A stretch of 64,000 nucleotides of DNA from an uncultured Gemmatimonadales bacterium. GTDB taxonomy: Bacteria; Gemmatimonadota; Gemmatimonadetes; Gemmatimonadales; Gemmatimonadaceae. The first letter of the stretch is position 1. The number at the start of each line of letters is the position of its first letter. The stretch covers positions 1,696,001 through 1,760,000 of the forward strand of contig OY969695.1 in the NCBI GenBank assembly GCA_963701965.1. The letters run 5' to 3'. This document shows positions 10,853 to 20,066 of this stretch, one piece after another. The notes below the pieces were generated by a model. It had not been told where the DNA came from and made no database searches. It worked only from the letters and a program-made list of their open reading frames with translations. The translations under genes were made by a program, and so were the position numbers.

Positions 10853-10985
10853 CACGTTCAAAGCGCACCGCCCACGCACGACTGTGCCGCGCCCCAGGAC
10901 GTCATCCCAAAACGCCCTCGCGCACCGCACTGTGGACGGGTCCAAACCACGTCGCGTCAACCACTTAAATTATTTGGAGCGCTTA

Positions 10986-11111
10986 ATGTTACGCCGCCTT
11001 TCGATCCTTGCTGCGACCGTCGCCGCGATGACCCTCGCGGCCTGTGCTTCCACCACCGCCCCTACTGCTTCCTGCGGCGGGACCTACGCCGGTGGCTCCA
11101 CGCACTGCTAA
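10986..11111 (+). CDS. 41-aa lipoprotein/peptide precursor MLRRLSILAATVAAMTLAAC-ASTTAPTASCGGTYAGGSTHC
   Basis: GGAG RBS 6-7 nt before the ATG and an AT-rich upstream tract. Classic type II signal peptide (RR, hydrophobic core, lipobox LAA-C). Hairpin immediately after the stop. Confidence 0.75.
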   Translation: MLRRLSILAATVAAMTLAACASTTAPTASCGGTYAGGSTHC

Positions 11112-11121
11112 AACGCACGCC

Positions 11122-11154
11122 GTTGGCGCCGGAGTCCTAAGCTCCGGCGCCGAC
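11122..11154. terminator. GC-rich hairpin between the convergent peptide and TPR genes
   Basis: GTTGGCGCCGGAG-tcctaag-CTCCGGCGCCGAC, a 13-bp stem with one G:U pair; no strong U-tract. Confidence 0.5.
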
Positions 11155-12405
11155 TAACTCGGCGCTCAAGTGCTCTATCGCGTCGGCGACGCGCAAGGCG
11201 GCATTGCCAAGGTCCGGCTGCGCCTGCGGGGCGCTTGATTCTTCCTCGGGCATCGCGTCACGAGCCGCTTCGGCTTCGATTAACCGATCATTCAATTGGT
11301 GGCGCTCCGCAAGCACAATCGCCCGGTCAAACGCGGCACGCGCCTGCTCGTCGCGGCCGAACCGGCGGCAGCCCTGCCCAACGCCGAGCTGATAGTCCAC
11401 CGCGAGACGCGGAGCGAGCGCTTCACCCGCCAGCGTACGGCGGTACCGCTCGAACAACGTCTCCGAGCCAGTCCTGATCGCCAGCTCCATGAGATTGAGC
11501 GTCGCGATCGAGCGGAGAGTCTGATCCTTCGTGCGCGCCTGCAGGAGGAGTAACGCGCGACGAGCGGTGTCTCGCTTGCCGACATCCGCGAAGGCGAGCG
11601 CCAAGTCGTTCAGTACGCGGTCCTGCATGCGCTCTTCACGGTGATGTTCCAGCGCGGCATGCAAAAGCGTAAACCCGCGATCGAAGTCGCTCCGACGCAT
11701 GGCCACGACGCCCTGCTCGTGGAGCGCCAGCGCCATGACGTCGGTCACGGAAGGCACCGCATCCACGACCGGCTTACACTCGACCACGATCTCGCCCAAG
11801 AGTTCATCCGCGCGCGGCAGGTTGCCGCGGCGCAGCACGACGAGCGCCAAACCGTAACGAGACATCAATTCGGTGAATCGTGCGCCGGACTCGTCCGCCA
11901 TCGCCCGCGCCGTCTCGAGCGCCGACTCGGCGTCGACGAAGTTACCAGCCGCGATCGCGCACATCCCGAGTCGCTGCCACGCGTGGGGCACAAGCTCGAG
12001 CTCATTGTCGGACTCGGCAAAGCTCAGAAACGTACGATAGACGTCAATGGCCAGCTCTGATTCACGCTGGTCATGCAAGAGCGCCGCGTATGCAAGGACA
12101 TGCGCAGACACGACCGAGCGACTGCGGCCCCACGACTGGGTGACGGCGTTCACGATCGCGACGAGCGAGTTCTGGATCGGACCTTCCGGCATCTCCCCAA
12201 TCGCCTTGCGCACCGCCGCAACTTCGGTGGGGCGCGGCGCGATCCAGCTGTGCAGCGCTTCAGCCCACTTGTCGACGAGGCGAACCGTGACAAACCCGGC
12301 CGTCGTGGGCTTCCAGCGCGGATCGTCGACATGCATAGACCCAAGCACCTCGAGATAAGCGAGGTGCTCTCCGCGGAGGCGAGTCGGTCGACCCGTGGTC
12401 TGCAT
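11137..12405 (-). CDS. Cytoplasmic tetratricopeptide-repeat (TPR-like) protein
   Basis: Repeated helical units AWQRLGMCAIAAGNFVDAESALETA, GLALVVLRRGNLPRADELL, ALHEQGVVAMRRSDFDRGFTLL, VLNDLALAFADVGKRDTA, QLGVGQGCRRFGRDEQARAAFDRA. No signal peptide or HTH. Start could be 12435. Confidence 0.8.
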   Translation of the reverse strand: MQTTGRPTRLRGEHLAYLEVLGSMHVDDPRWKPTTAGFVTVRLVDKWAEALHSWIAPRPTEVAAVRKAIGEMPEGPIQNSLVAIVNAVTQSWGRSRSVVSAHVLAYAALLHDQRESELAIDVYRTFLSFAESDNELELVPHAWQRLGMCAIAAGNFVDAESALETARAMADESGARFTELMSRYGLALVVLRRGNLPRADELLGEIVVECKPVVDAVPSVTDVMALALHEQGVVAMRRSDFDRGFTLLHAALEHHREERMQDRVLNDLALAFADVGKRDTARRALLLLQARTKDQTLRSIATLNLMELAIRTGSETLFERYRRTLAGEALAPRLAVDYQLGVGQGCRRFGRDEQARAAFDRAIVLAERHQLNDRLIEAEAARDAMPEEESSAPQAQPDLGNAALRVADAIEHLSAELVGAGA

Positions 12406-12557
12406 GGGCCACAATGTTCTTCCAGGTCGGGTCACAGCGCAAGCCGGCTTTGCTCACAGTGTGACAGTTGTGGCGAGTTCCGCCATATGCCGAGTTTTCA
12501 GTGGTGAGATACCGCACACATTCGCCATGAGATAAGAGAACGCTCATGTTAATAGGC

Positions 12558-12586
12558 TGAAACGCGCGTTTCATACACGTGTTCTA
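12558..12586. promoter_or_regulatory. Probable TetR operator (perfect palindrome plus overlapping degenerate copy)
   Basis: TGAAACGCGCGTTTCA (12558-12573) followed by TCATACACGTGTTCTA, about 35-50 bp upstream of an efflux operon that encodes its own TetR. Confidence 0.6.
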
Positions 12587-12608
12587 GAGGCACATTATAT
12601 TCAGACGC

Positions 12609-13664
12609 ATGACGCGCAAGCGAATCCTGCTCGGGACCGCCCTCGCACTGCTCCTGGGCGCCGTAGCCTGGCTCGTTGGTGGCGGATCTGGCGACCTGGT
12701 TCTCACCGGTATCGTGACTACTGATGACGTGATCGTCAGCCCGCAGGTTACAGGTCAAATTGGACAACTGCTCGTCGATCAGGGAGACTCGGTCACGCCG
12801 GGCGAGCTCGTCGCTCGACTCGTGCCTGCCGAACTCCAGGCCGATCGCGCGTACTACGCGCATAGCGCCGAAGAAGGGGCCGTACGCGTCCAGTCGAGCG
12901 AAACATCGCTGCGCTTGCAGCAAATGCAAACCAATGATCAGATCAGCCAGGCCGAAGCGTTACTGGCGGCTGCCGTCGCCCAGCAAGCGGAAGCGGCGGC
13001 CAATCTCGACAACGCCAAGCTCACGCGCGATCGCTACGAGGCCCTGGCCAAGACCGGCGGCGTCGCCAAGCAAGAGCTCGATCAACAAGAGAATGGGTAT
13101 CAGGTCGCGGTCGCCCGCGCCAATGCCGCCGACAAACAAGTCGCGGCCCAGCGCGCGGCGCTGAGCATGGCCCGCGCGGCGGCCGAACAGGTCTCGATCA
13201 AGCGCAGCGACCTGTACATGGCGCGCCAGCAGCAGGCCGCCGCGACCGCCCAAGAGACCAAGGCCGACGTCCGCCTGGGATACAGCGAGCTCCGCTCGCC
13301 GATCGCGGGCATCGTCGATGTCCGCGCCGTGCGGAACGGTGAGGTCGTCAACCCGGGTCAACCCGTCGTGACGCTGATCAACCCGGACGCGCTCTGGATT
13401 CGCGCCGACGTCGAGGAGACCTACATCGATCGCGTCCGCCTGGGCGATCACCTGACCGTGCGGCTTCCGTCGGGCGCCACCCGCCAGGGCACGGTCTTCT
13501 ATAGAGGTGTCGACGCGGGCTTCGCGACGCAACGCGACGTGAGCCGCTCCAAGCGCGACATCAAGACGTTCGAGATCCGACTCCGCGTCGACAACCGCGA
13601 CCGCCTGCTGGCGGTCGGCATGACGGCGTACGTGCTCCTGCCGTCGCGCGTGACGCACGGATGA
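12609..13664 (+). CDS. HlyD-family membrane fusion (periplasmic adaptor) protein
   Basis: N-terminal anchor, lipoyl halves (VSPQVTGQI...QGDSV; LRSPIAGIV...GEVVNPGQPV), coiled coil. Confidence 0.93.
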   Translation: MTRKRILLGTALALLLGAVAWLVGGGSGDLVLTGIVTTDDVIVSPQVTGQIGQLLVDQGDSVTPGELVARLVPAELQADRAYYAHSAEEGAVRVQSSETSLRLQQMQTNDQISQAEALLAAAVAQQAEAAANLDNAKLTRDRYEALAKTGGVAKQELDQQENGYQVAVARANAADKQVAAQRAALSMARAAAEQVSIKRSDLYMARQQQAAATAQETKADVRLGYSELRSPIAGIVDVRAVRNGEVVNPGQPVVTLINPDALWIRADVEETYIDRVRLGDHLTVRLPSGATRQGTVFYRGVDAGFATQRDVSRSKRDIKTFEIRLRVDNRDRLLAVGMTAYVLLPSRVTHG

Positions 13665-14647
13665 ACGCCGTCGACGTCCGGCAGATCACGAAGACCTTCG
13701 GCACGTTCACGGCGGTCGACGCGATCTCGTTCACCGTCGCGCCGGGCGAGATCATGGGTCTCTTGGGCCCCAACGGCGCCGGCAAGTCGACGCTGCTCCG
13801 GATGCTCACGACGCTCATCATCCCCACATCGGGGACGGCGATCATCGCCGGGGCCAATGTCGTCGCCGCGCCCGACGACGTGCGCCGCGCGATCGGGGTC
13901 ATCCCCCAGGCCCTCACCAGCGATCTCGAGCTCTCGGCCCGCGAGAATCTCACCATCTTCGCGAAGCTCTACGGCGTCCCACGCGAGAAGCGGCGGCGTT
14001 TGATCAACGAGCTGCTCGCGGCCGTCGAGCTGACGGAGTGGGCCGACAAGCCGGTCAAGCAGCTCTCGGGCGGCATGCGCCGCCGCGTCGAGATCGCCCG
14101 CGGCCTCGTCCACGAGCCGCGCATTTTCTTCCTGGATGAGCCGACCACCGGACTCGATCCGGTGTCGCGCACGGCGGTGTGGGAGATGCTGCGTCGCATC
14201 AAGGCCGAACGGGACCTCACGGTCCTGCTGACGACGCACTATATGGACGAAGCGGACAAGTTGTGCGACCGCATCGCGATCGTGGACCACGGGAAGCTCA
14301 TCGTGCTCGACACACCCTTGGCCCTCAAGGACGCCGTCGCCGGCGCCAACACGCTCGAAGTGAGCTTCCAGTCGGCGCCCGATGACTGGACGGCGGAGTT
14401 GGAACAGCTGCCCGGCGTCGAGCACGTCGTGGGCGAGGGCGGCCTTTTTCGGATCACCTCGCATTCCGGCCCTGCCACGACTCAAGCCGTACTCGAGGCC
14501 GCCGCCGACCGCGGCGTCGTCGTACAGTCGCTGGGCGTCTCCAGTACCACGCTGGACAATGTCTTCCTGCATTTCACCGGACGCCAGCTGCGCGACGCGT
14601 TGCAATCCGCGACCGCCGCCGACAGTCCCTTCATGATGCGCCGCTAG
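13661..14647 (+). CDS. ABC transporter ATP-binding protein (DrrA/ABC-2 type)
   Basis: GPNGAGKS, LSGGM, FFLDEPTTGLD, TTHYMDEA. Confidence 0.95.
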   Translation: MNAVDVRQITKTFGTFTAVDAISFTVAPGEIMGLLGPNGAGKSTLLRMLTTLIIPTSGTAIIAGANVVAAPDDVRRAIGVIPQALTSDLELSARENLTIFAKLYGVPREKRRRLINELLAAVELTEWADKPVKQLSGGMRRRVEIARGLVHEPRIFFLDEPTTGLDPVSRTAVWEMLRRIKAERDLTVLLTTHYMDEADKLCDRIAIVDHGKLIVLDTPLALKDAVAGANTLEVSFQSAPDDWTAELEQLPGVEHVVGEGGLFRITSHSGPATTQAVLEAAADRGVVVQSLGVSSTTLDNVFLHFTGRQLRDALQSATAADSPFMMRR

Positions 14648-15762
14648 TGCAACGCGTCTGGGCCATCGTCGAACGCGACCTCCGGCGGTTCCGCCGCAGC
14701 CCGGCGCTCATCGTCATGTCGTTGGTCATGCCGCTCGTGCAGCTCGTGATCCTGGGCTACGCCTTCGGCGGCACGGTCAAGCATCTCAAGGTGGGGCTGC
14801 TCGATCAGGATCGCGGCGTGCAGTCCGTCAAGCTGCGCGAGCTGTCCGGCGCGATCGCGGCCAACGCCAGCACATTCGAGACGGTCCCCTACCACGACCA
14901 GGGCTCGGCTCTGTCGGCGCTGCGCAACGGACAGGTCAACGCCGTCCTCGACATTCCGCCCGAGTTTTCCCGCCGCGTCCTGGCCAAGGATGCCCCACGC
15001 GTCGCGCTGATCGAGGACAACACCGACAACTTCGTCTCGGGCGCGCTGGCGTCGAGCATATCAGGGCTGGTCTCGGCGTACAACGACCAGCAGAACGATC
15101 CGGTGCGCGTCCCGACGCAGACGTCGCTCGATCTCGTCGAGGTCTATCCCTACGTCCCGTACATCCAGTACCTGCTCGCCGGTTCGACGGTCATGGCGAT
15201 CTTCATGATGGTCATGATCGGCGGCGGCATCATCTTCATCAATGACAAGGCGCGCGGGCTGCACGAGGGATACCTGGTCACGCCGATCACCAAGCTGGAG
15301 CTCATTCTCGGCTTCAACATCTCGGGCGCGATCAAGGCCGTGCTGGCGGGATTCGTCCTCATGACGATCGGGTCCCTGATCGCGGGCATCCCCAACCCGT
15401 TCGCTCCCATGAGGTTGCTGCGGCTCCTCATCGTCGTGATCGCCACGTCGACCGCGCTGGTCAGCATGATGTTCATGATCATGGTGCGCATGAGCGATCC
15501 GTTGATTCCACGGGCGCTCTTCGGCGTGCTCAATACGCTGCTGTGGTTTCCGAGCGGGGCCATCTACCCGCAGCAGGCGTTCCCGGCCTGGATGCGTGCG
15601 ATCGCCATCGTCGACCCGTTCACGTATGGCGTGCACGCGCTCAAGAGTCTGCTGCTCAAGAACACGGGATTCGCGGCCATCGGGGGTGACTTGTTATATC
15701 TGACCATCTTCACCGTCGTGACCATGACCATCGCCACTCGACTCTTTCGGCGGACGCTGTGA
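14647..15762 (+). CDS. ABC-2 type permease (YbhR/S-like)
   Basis: One N-terminal TM, extracytoplasmic loop, five C-terminal TMs; SGAIYP...P.W...DPFTY motif. Confidence 0.92.
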   Translation: MQRVWAIVERDLRRFRRSPALIVMSLVMPLVQLVILGYAFGGTVKHLKVGLLDQDRGVQSVKLRELSGAIAANASTFETVPYHDQGSALSALRNGQVNAVLDIPPEFSRRVLAKDAPRVALIEDNTDNFVSGALASSISGLVSAYNDQQNDPVRVPTQTSLDLVEVYPYVPYIQYLLAGSTVMAIFMMVMIGGGIIFINDKARGLHEGYLVTPITKLELILGFNISGAIKAVLAGFVLMTIGSLIAGIPNPFAPMRLLRLLIVVIATSTALVSMMFMIMVRMSDPLIPRALFGVLNTLLWFPSGAIYPQQAFPAWMRAIAIVDPFTYGVHALKSLLLKNTGFAAIGGDLLYLTIFTVVTMTIATRLFRRTL

Positions 15763-16403
15763 GCCCGGCCGTCGCCGACGTCGGGCCGCGGGGAGAAGTC
15801 ACGCGCGAGCGTCTCCTCGAGACCGCGGTGCAGCTCTTCGCGGAGCATGGCTTCGCCAAGGTCACCGTCCGCGACATCTGCCGCGGGGCGGACGCCAATG
15901 TCGCCGCCGTGAACTATCATTTCGGCGACAAGTTCGGGCTGTACATGGCCGTGCTGCGATTGGCGGTCGACGAAATGCGCAAGGTCAGCGATGTCACCAT
16001 GCAACCGGCGCCCGGCAGCTCGGCCGAAGACCGCCTGCGGCACTACATCCGGATGCACGTGACGATGCTGGTGCACATCGATCCCGCGTCGTGGATTCTG
16101 CGGCTCATGCTCCACGAGATGGCGGAGCCGACCAGCGCCGCGCCGTGGATCGTCGAGCACGGGTTCCGGCCGCGATTCCGCTACCTGTCAGGCGTCCTGG
16201 CCGAGCTCCTCGGGGCCGACGAGTCGGACCCGCGCGTGCTGCGCTGCGCGATCAGCGTGCAGTCCCAGTTTCTCTTCTGCAAGCCCGACAGGTTCCGGGC
16301 GATCGCCTTTGGCGACGCGATGCCCAACAGCGACGCCGAGATCGACACGCTGGTCGATCACATCGCCGCCTTTTCCCTCGCCGGCATTCGCGCCATCGCC
16401 TAG
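15759..16403 (+). CDS. TetR-family regulator with CecR/DUF1956-type C-domain
   Basis: TRERLLETAVQLFAEHGF...VRDIC...NVAAVNYHFGDK; C-terminal HIAAFSLAG. Confidence 0.9.
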   Translation: MSPAVADVGPRGEVTRERLLETAVQLFAEHGFAKVTVRDICRGADANVAAVNYHFGDKFGLYMAVLRLAVDEMRKVSDVTMQPAPGSSAEDRLRHYIRMHVTMLVHIDPASWILRLMLHEMAEPTSAAPWIVEHGFRPRFRYLSGVLAELLGADESDPRVLRCAISVQSQFLFCKPDRFRAIAFGDAMPNSDAEIDTLVDHIAAFSLAGIRAIA

Positions 16404-17647
16404 GGGCGCACGACCTCGAAATCGCTGCCATGCAGCGATGTCATCGTATGCAGCTCGTCGTCGCTCCACCGCGGGTCGGGCGCCCCGCTCACGAAGAACC
16501 CCGAGCCGTTGTCGGCGACGAACATCCCGTACCGCTGCATGGCCCGCAGGATCACCTGCACGTGCGCCGGAAACGCGCCGATGTTCACACTCGCCTTGAG
16601 CCGCACGCGCATCCCCATCGGCGGGAGCGCCGAGCTCGTGTCGTTGCTGGCGTAGTGGCGGGCCGGGGCGACGTAGGCGCGACGGGTCGACGGACACGTG
16701 AACCGCAAAGCGTGGGTGATGGCGCCATGGATCACGACTTCGTCATATCGCACGAGGCCCGGAAAGATCGGGAGTCCGGCCGCGTCCGCCGACGTCCAGC
16801 CGGCGGGGCGGAGCGCGTCAGATGTGAGATCGAAGACGGCGCCAGACCCGGCCGTCCAGGACGCACCCGCGGTCGCGTTCGCGGTCGCGTTCGCGCTGAC
16901 GGGCCGCGCCGAGAACATCTCGTAGAGCTTCCAGTTGTCGGCGTCGACCACGAGCACGTGCCGATCGCCGGAGCTGGACGGACCGCCCTCGATCGGTGCG
17001 TCCGGCGGCACGGGATAGGGCCCGGGGTCGCTCTCCGACGCATCGTCGAAATCCACGGGCACCCGCGGCTGCGTGCCATGCACGACGACGTACGGGATGC
17101 CGTTCGGCGCGCCGTCGAACACGGTGCCGAAGTCGGGATGCAACGCGCTGGACGCGCCGCAGCTGGCGATCAGCGTGCCAGAATTCGGGTCGACGGGTGC
17201 CGCCGAGATGTCGGCATTCCAGGCATTGTCGGCCGGGAAAACCTGGCGCCCGGCGAGATCACCGCTTCCCGCCCCCTCGCCGTGCACCGTCACCGAGTGT
17301 CCGATCGCCGATACCGCCACGGACTGGTCGAGGAATGTCGGCCCCAACGTCCAGTGCGCCTGCACTTGTCCGCTGGCATCGGTCACAGTCGGCGCGGCGA
17401 TCGTCCCCGATCCGGCCAATGGGACCCAGGTCACGGTGGCGCCGGCGAGTGCATGCCCCAGAGAGTCCGTCACCCGCACGACGAGGGGTTTGGACTCCAG
17501 CGATCCCAACGTCGCCGTTTGGCTGTCCCCGCTCACCACGGCGAGCGGCAACACAGGGCCGGCCTTCGCCGCGGTGGGGCCGTCGCCGCCACAGGCCAGC
17601 ATTGGCAGCACGAGCGCGTACCCATATAAACTGCGTCGAGATCGCAT
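16400..17647 (-). CDS. Lipoprotein with Ig-like (Big) domain and uncharacterised C-terminal domain
   Basis: GGAGG RBS, lipobox MLA-C, VVSGDSQT...TDASGQ...WTLG Ig signature, then FPADNAWNADIS...GDRH...DAAGLP...YGMFVADNG. Confidence 0.8.
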   Translation of the reverse strand: MRSRRSLYGYALVLPMLACGGDGPTAAKAGPVLPLAVVSGDSQTATLGSLESKPLVVRVTDSLGHALAGATVTWVPLAGSGTIAAPTVTDASGQVQAHWTLGPTFLDQSVAVSAIGHSVTVHGEGAGSGDLAGRQVFPADNAWNADISAAPVDPNSGTLIASCGASSALHPDFGTVFDGAPNGIPYVVVHGTQPRVPVDFDDASESDPGPYPVPPDAPIEGGPSSSGDRHVLVVDADNWKLYEMFSARPVSANATANATAGASWTAGSGAVFDLTSDALRPAGWTSADAAGLPIFPGLVRYDEVVIHGAITHALRFTCPSTRRAYVAPARHYASNDTSSALPPMGMRVRLKASVNIGAFPAHVQVILRAMQRYGMFVADNGSGFFVSGAPDPRWSDDELHTMTSLHGSDFEVVRP

Positions 17648-17674
17648 GCGTCTCCTCCCCTTCGACGACGACAA

Positions 17675-18646
17675 GTGACCGCCCCCGTCACGACCCTCTC
17701 CCGCCACACGATCGAAGCCGCGCGCGACCGGTTGCGCGGCATGGCTGTGCGCACCCCGCTCGTCTCCCTCGACTTGCCCGGGCGCACGGTCGCGCTCAAG
17801 CTGGAGACCCTGCAACCCGTGGGCTCGTTCAAGATCCGCGGTGCCGGGGCCGCGATCAGCGCCGCGCCGCGCGAGCGGTTGACCCGCGGCGTCTACACCG
17901 CGAGCGCCGGGAACATGGCCCAGGGCGTCGCCTGGTGCGCCCGCGCGCTGGGCATTCCCTGCACGGTCATCGCGCCGGACGATGCGCCGGAGGCCAAGAC
18001 GGCGGCGGTCGAACGACTCGGCGGCACGATCGTGCGGGTGCCGTTCCCGCGTTGGTGGCAGGTCCTCGTCGAACGCTCGTATCCCGGACTCGATGGACTC
18101 TTCGTGCATCCGGTGTCCGACGCCGACGTGATCACCGGCAACGCCACGATCGGACTCGAGATCATGGAGGACGCGCCAGAGACGGACACGGTGCTGGTCC
18201 CGTTCGGCGGCGGTGGTTTGTCCTGCGGTATCGCGCTGGGTCTCCGCGCCGCCGGATCGTCCGCGCGCGTCATCGCCTGCGAGGTCGACACGGCGGCGCC
18301 GCTGGCGGAGTCGTTCCGTGTGGGACGCGCATCGGCGATCGAGCGGCGTCCGAGCTTCGTCGACGGCATCGGCGGGCAATCGGTACTGGAAGAGATGTGG
18401 CCGTTGGCCAGCGCCGTGCTGGACGGCAGCATCGTCAGCTCGGTCGCCGAGATCGCGACCGCCGTGCGCTATCTCGCCGAACGGGCCCACGTCATCGCCG
18501 AAGGCGCGGGCGCGGCATCCGTCGCCGCGGCCACGTCGGATGCCGCGGCGGGCCGGCTCGGCGAACGCGTGGTCTGCATCGTTTCCGGTGGCAATATCGA
18601 CTTGCCCAAACTCGTGACGATTCTCACAGGGGGTGTGCCCGCCTGA
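17675..18646 (+). CDS. PLP-dependent threonine/serine dehydratase family enzyme
   Basis: KLETLQPVGSFKIRGA, SAGNMAQ, PFGGGGL, EGAGA, SGGNID. Confidence 0.92.
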   Translation: MTAPVTTLSRHTIEAARDRLRGMAVRTPLVSLDLPGRTVALKLETLQPVGSFKIRGAGAAISAAPRERLTRGVYTASAGNMAQGVAWCARALGIPCTVIAPDDAPEAKTAAVERLGGTIVRVPFPRWWQVLVERSYPGLDGLFVHPVSDADVITGNATIGLEIMEDAPETDTVLVPFGGGGLSCGIALGLRAAGSSARVIACEVDTAAPLAESFRVGRASAIERRPSFVDGIGGQSVLEEMWPLASAVLDGSIVSSVAEIATAVRYLAERAHVIAEGAGAASVAAATSDAAAGRLGERVVCIVSGGNIDLPKLVTILTGGVPA

Positions 18647-20061
18647 GATACCTGGCCGCACCGTCGCCCGGGGCACTGTGGCCGCGCTGGATCTTCCTGC
18701 GCGCCCTCGGTCTTATTTTCGGCTCGGCGTTCTACTCGCTGCTATTTCAGATCCACGGTCTGATCGGACCGGCGGGAATTTTACCGGCGGGCGACTACCT
18801 TGGCGCGCTCCGACGCGCGGCGCCTGGCATCGTCCACGTCTGGGCGGCGCCGACGCTCCTCTGGTTCGGGGCGGGCGATGGCGCACTGACGGCGCTCGTC
18901 GGGGCCGGCTTCGTGGCGTCCGTCCTGCTCACGGCCAACATCGCTCCGCGCCTCACGACGGCGGTCTGCACGATCGTCTTTCTCTCCTGCGTCGCCGCGC
19001 TGCAAGACTTCTCGTCATACCAGTCGGACGGCATGCTGCTCCAGGCCGGGGTCGCGTCGATCCTCCTGGCCCCCGGCGGACTCCGCCCGGGACTGGGCCG
19101 CGAGTCCCCGCCGCCGCGGGCGGCCGTGTGGCTGCTCTTGTGGGAGTGGTTCTCGATCTACTTCGAGTCGGGGCTGGTCAAGCTGTTGAGCGGCGACGTG
19201 CAGTGGCGGACGCTCACGGCCATGGACCACTACTACGAGAACAACCCGCTCCCAACGTGGCTCGGCTGGTACGAACAGCAGCTGCCGCACGCCATACAGG
19301 CCGGCGTCACCCTGCTGACCCTCATCGTGGAGCTCGCCGGACCGTTCGTCTTGTTTCTCCCCCGCAAGCCGCGCCTCTACGCGGCCGCGTTTCTCACGGC
19401 GTTTCAGATCGCGATCATCACGACCGCGAACTACGCGTTTCTCAACTACCTGGTGCTGGCGCTGGGCGTGTTGCTCATCGACGACAAGACGGTGCCGTCC
19501 GGAGACACGCGCCCGCGACGGCTGGGATGGGCCAGCGCCGGCGCGTTCGTGGTGACGCTGTATGTGTCGATCGTGTCGTTCCCGGTGCGCGCCGTGCCGG
19601 ACGTGCTCCTCTTGCCCGCGCGTTGGCTGGCGCCCTTTCGCATCGCCAACGCCTACGGCTTGTTCGCCGTCATGACGACCGCCCAGTACGAGATCGAGTT
19701 CCAGGGCACCCGCGACGACTCCACGTGGATCGCGTACCCGTTCCGCTACAAACCGCAGGACCCCGCGGCGCCGCCCGGTATCTACGCCCCGTACCAGCCA
19801 CGATTCGACTGGAACCTGTGGTTCGCGTCGCTGGCCCCGTCGGAAGAGACGCCGTGGATCGCGACGGTCCAGGAACGCTTGCTCGCCAACGACGGCGCTG
19901 TCCTGTCCCTGTTCGCCAAGAATCCGTTCGGCGCGACGCCGCCGATCGCCGTGCGCGTGGTGCTCTGGCGATATTGGTTCGCGGACTTCGCCACCCGTCG
20001 CCGCACGGGCCGTTGGTGGAACCGCCAGCTGCTCGAGCTCTTTGTCCCCACGGTACATTAA
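18643..20061 (+). CDS. Lipase maturation factor (LMF1) family membrane protein
   Basis: IFLRALGLIF...QIHGLIGPAGILP, SGLVKL, YYENNPLP, ANYAFLN, NAYGLFAVMT, PYQPRFDWNLWFA. Start uncertain: only a CTG overlapping the upstream stop. Confidence 0.88.
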   Translation: MRYLAAPSPGALWPRWIFLRALGLIFGSAFYSLLFQIHGLIGPAGILPAGDYLGALRRAAPGIVHVWAAPTLLWFGAGDGALTALVGAGFVASVLLTANIAPRLTTAVCTIVFLSCVAALQDFSSYQSDGMLLQAGVASILLAPGGLRPGLGRESPPPRAAVWLLLWEWFSIYFESGLVKLLSGDVQWRTLTAMDHYYENNPLPTWLGWYEQQLPHAIQAGVTLLTLIVELAGPFVLFLPRKPRLYAAAFLTAFQIAIITTANYAFLNYLVLALGVLLIDDKTVPSGDTRPRRLGWASAGAFVVTLYVSIVSFPVRAVPDVLLLPARWLAPFRIANAYGLFAVMTTAQYEIEFQGTRDDSTWIAYPFRYKPQDPAAPPGIYAPYQPRFDWNLWFASLAPSEETPWIATVQERLLANDGAVLSLFAKNPFGATPPIAVRVVLWRYWFADFATRRRTGRWWNRQLLELFVPTVH

Positions 20062-20066
20062 GCGCC

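Noticed and set aside
12431..12490. Small inverted repeats upstream of the TPR gene as a structured ncRNA
   Set aside because: Stems are short and mutually overlapping, and match no RNA family I recognise; cannot be supported without covariation data.
16868..16895. 12-bp tandem repeat (CGCGGTCGCGTT x2.3) encoding ANATANATA
   Set aside because: Short in-frame duplication in a probable loop; not an array.
16996..18642. Long N-terminal extension making a 1021-aa LMF fusion
   Set aside because: Off-frame read-through across the dehydratase and lipoprotein genes; the LMF-like sequence begins only at ~18643.
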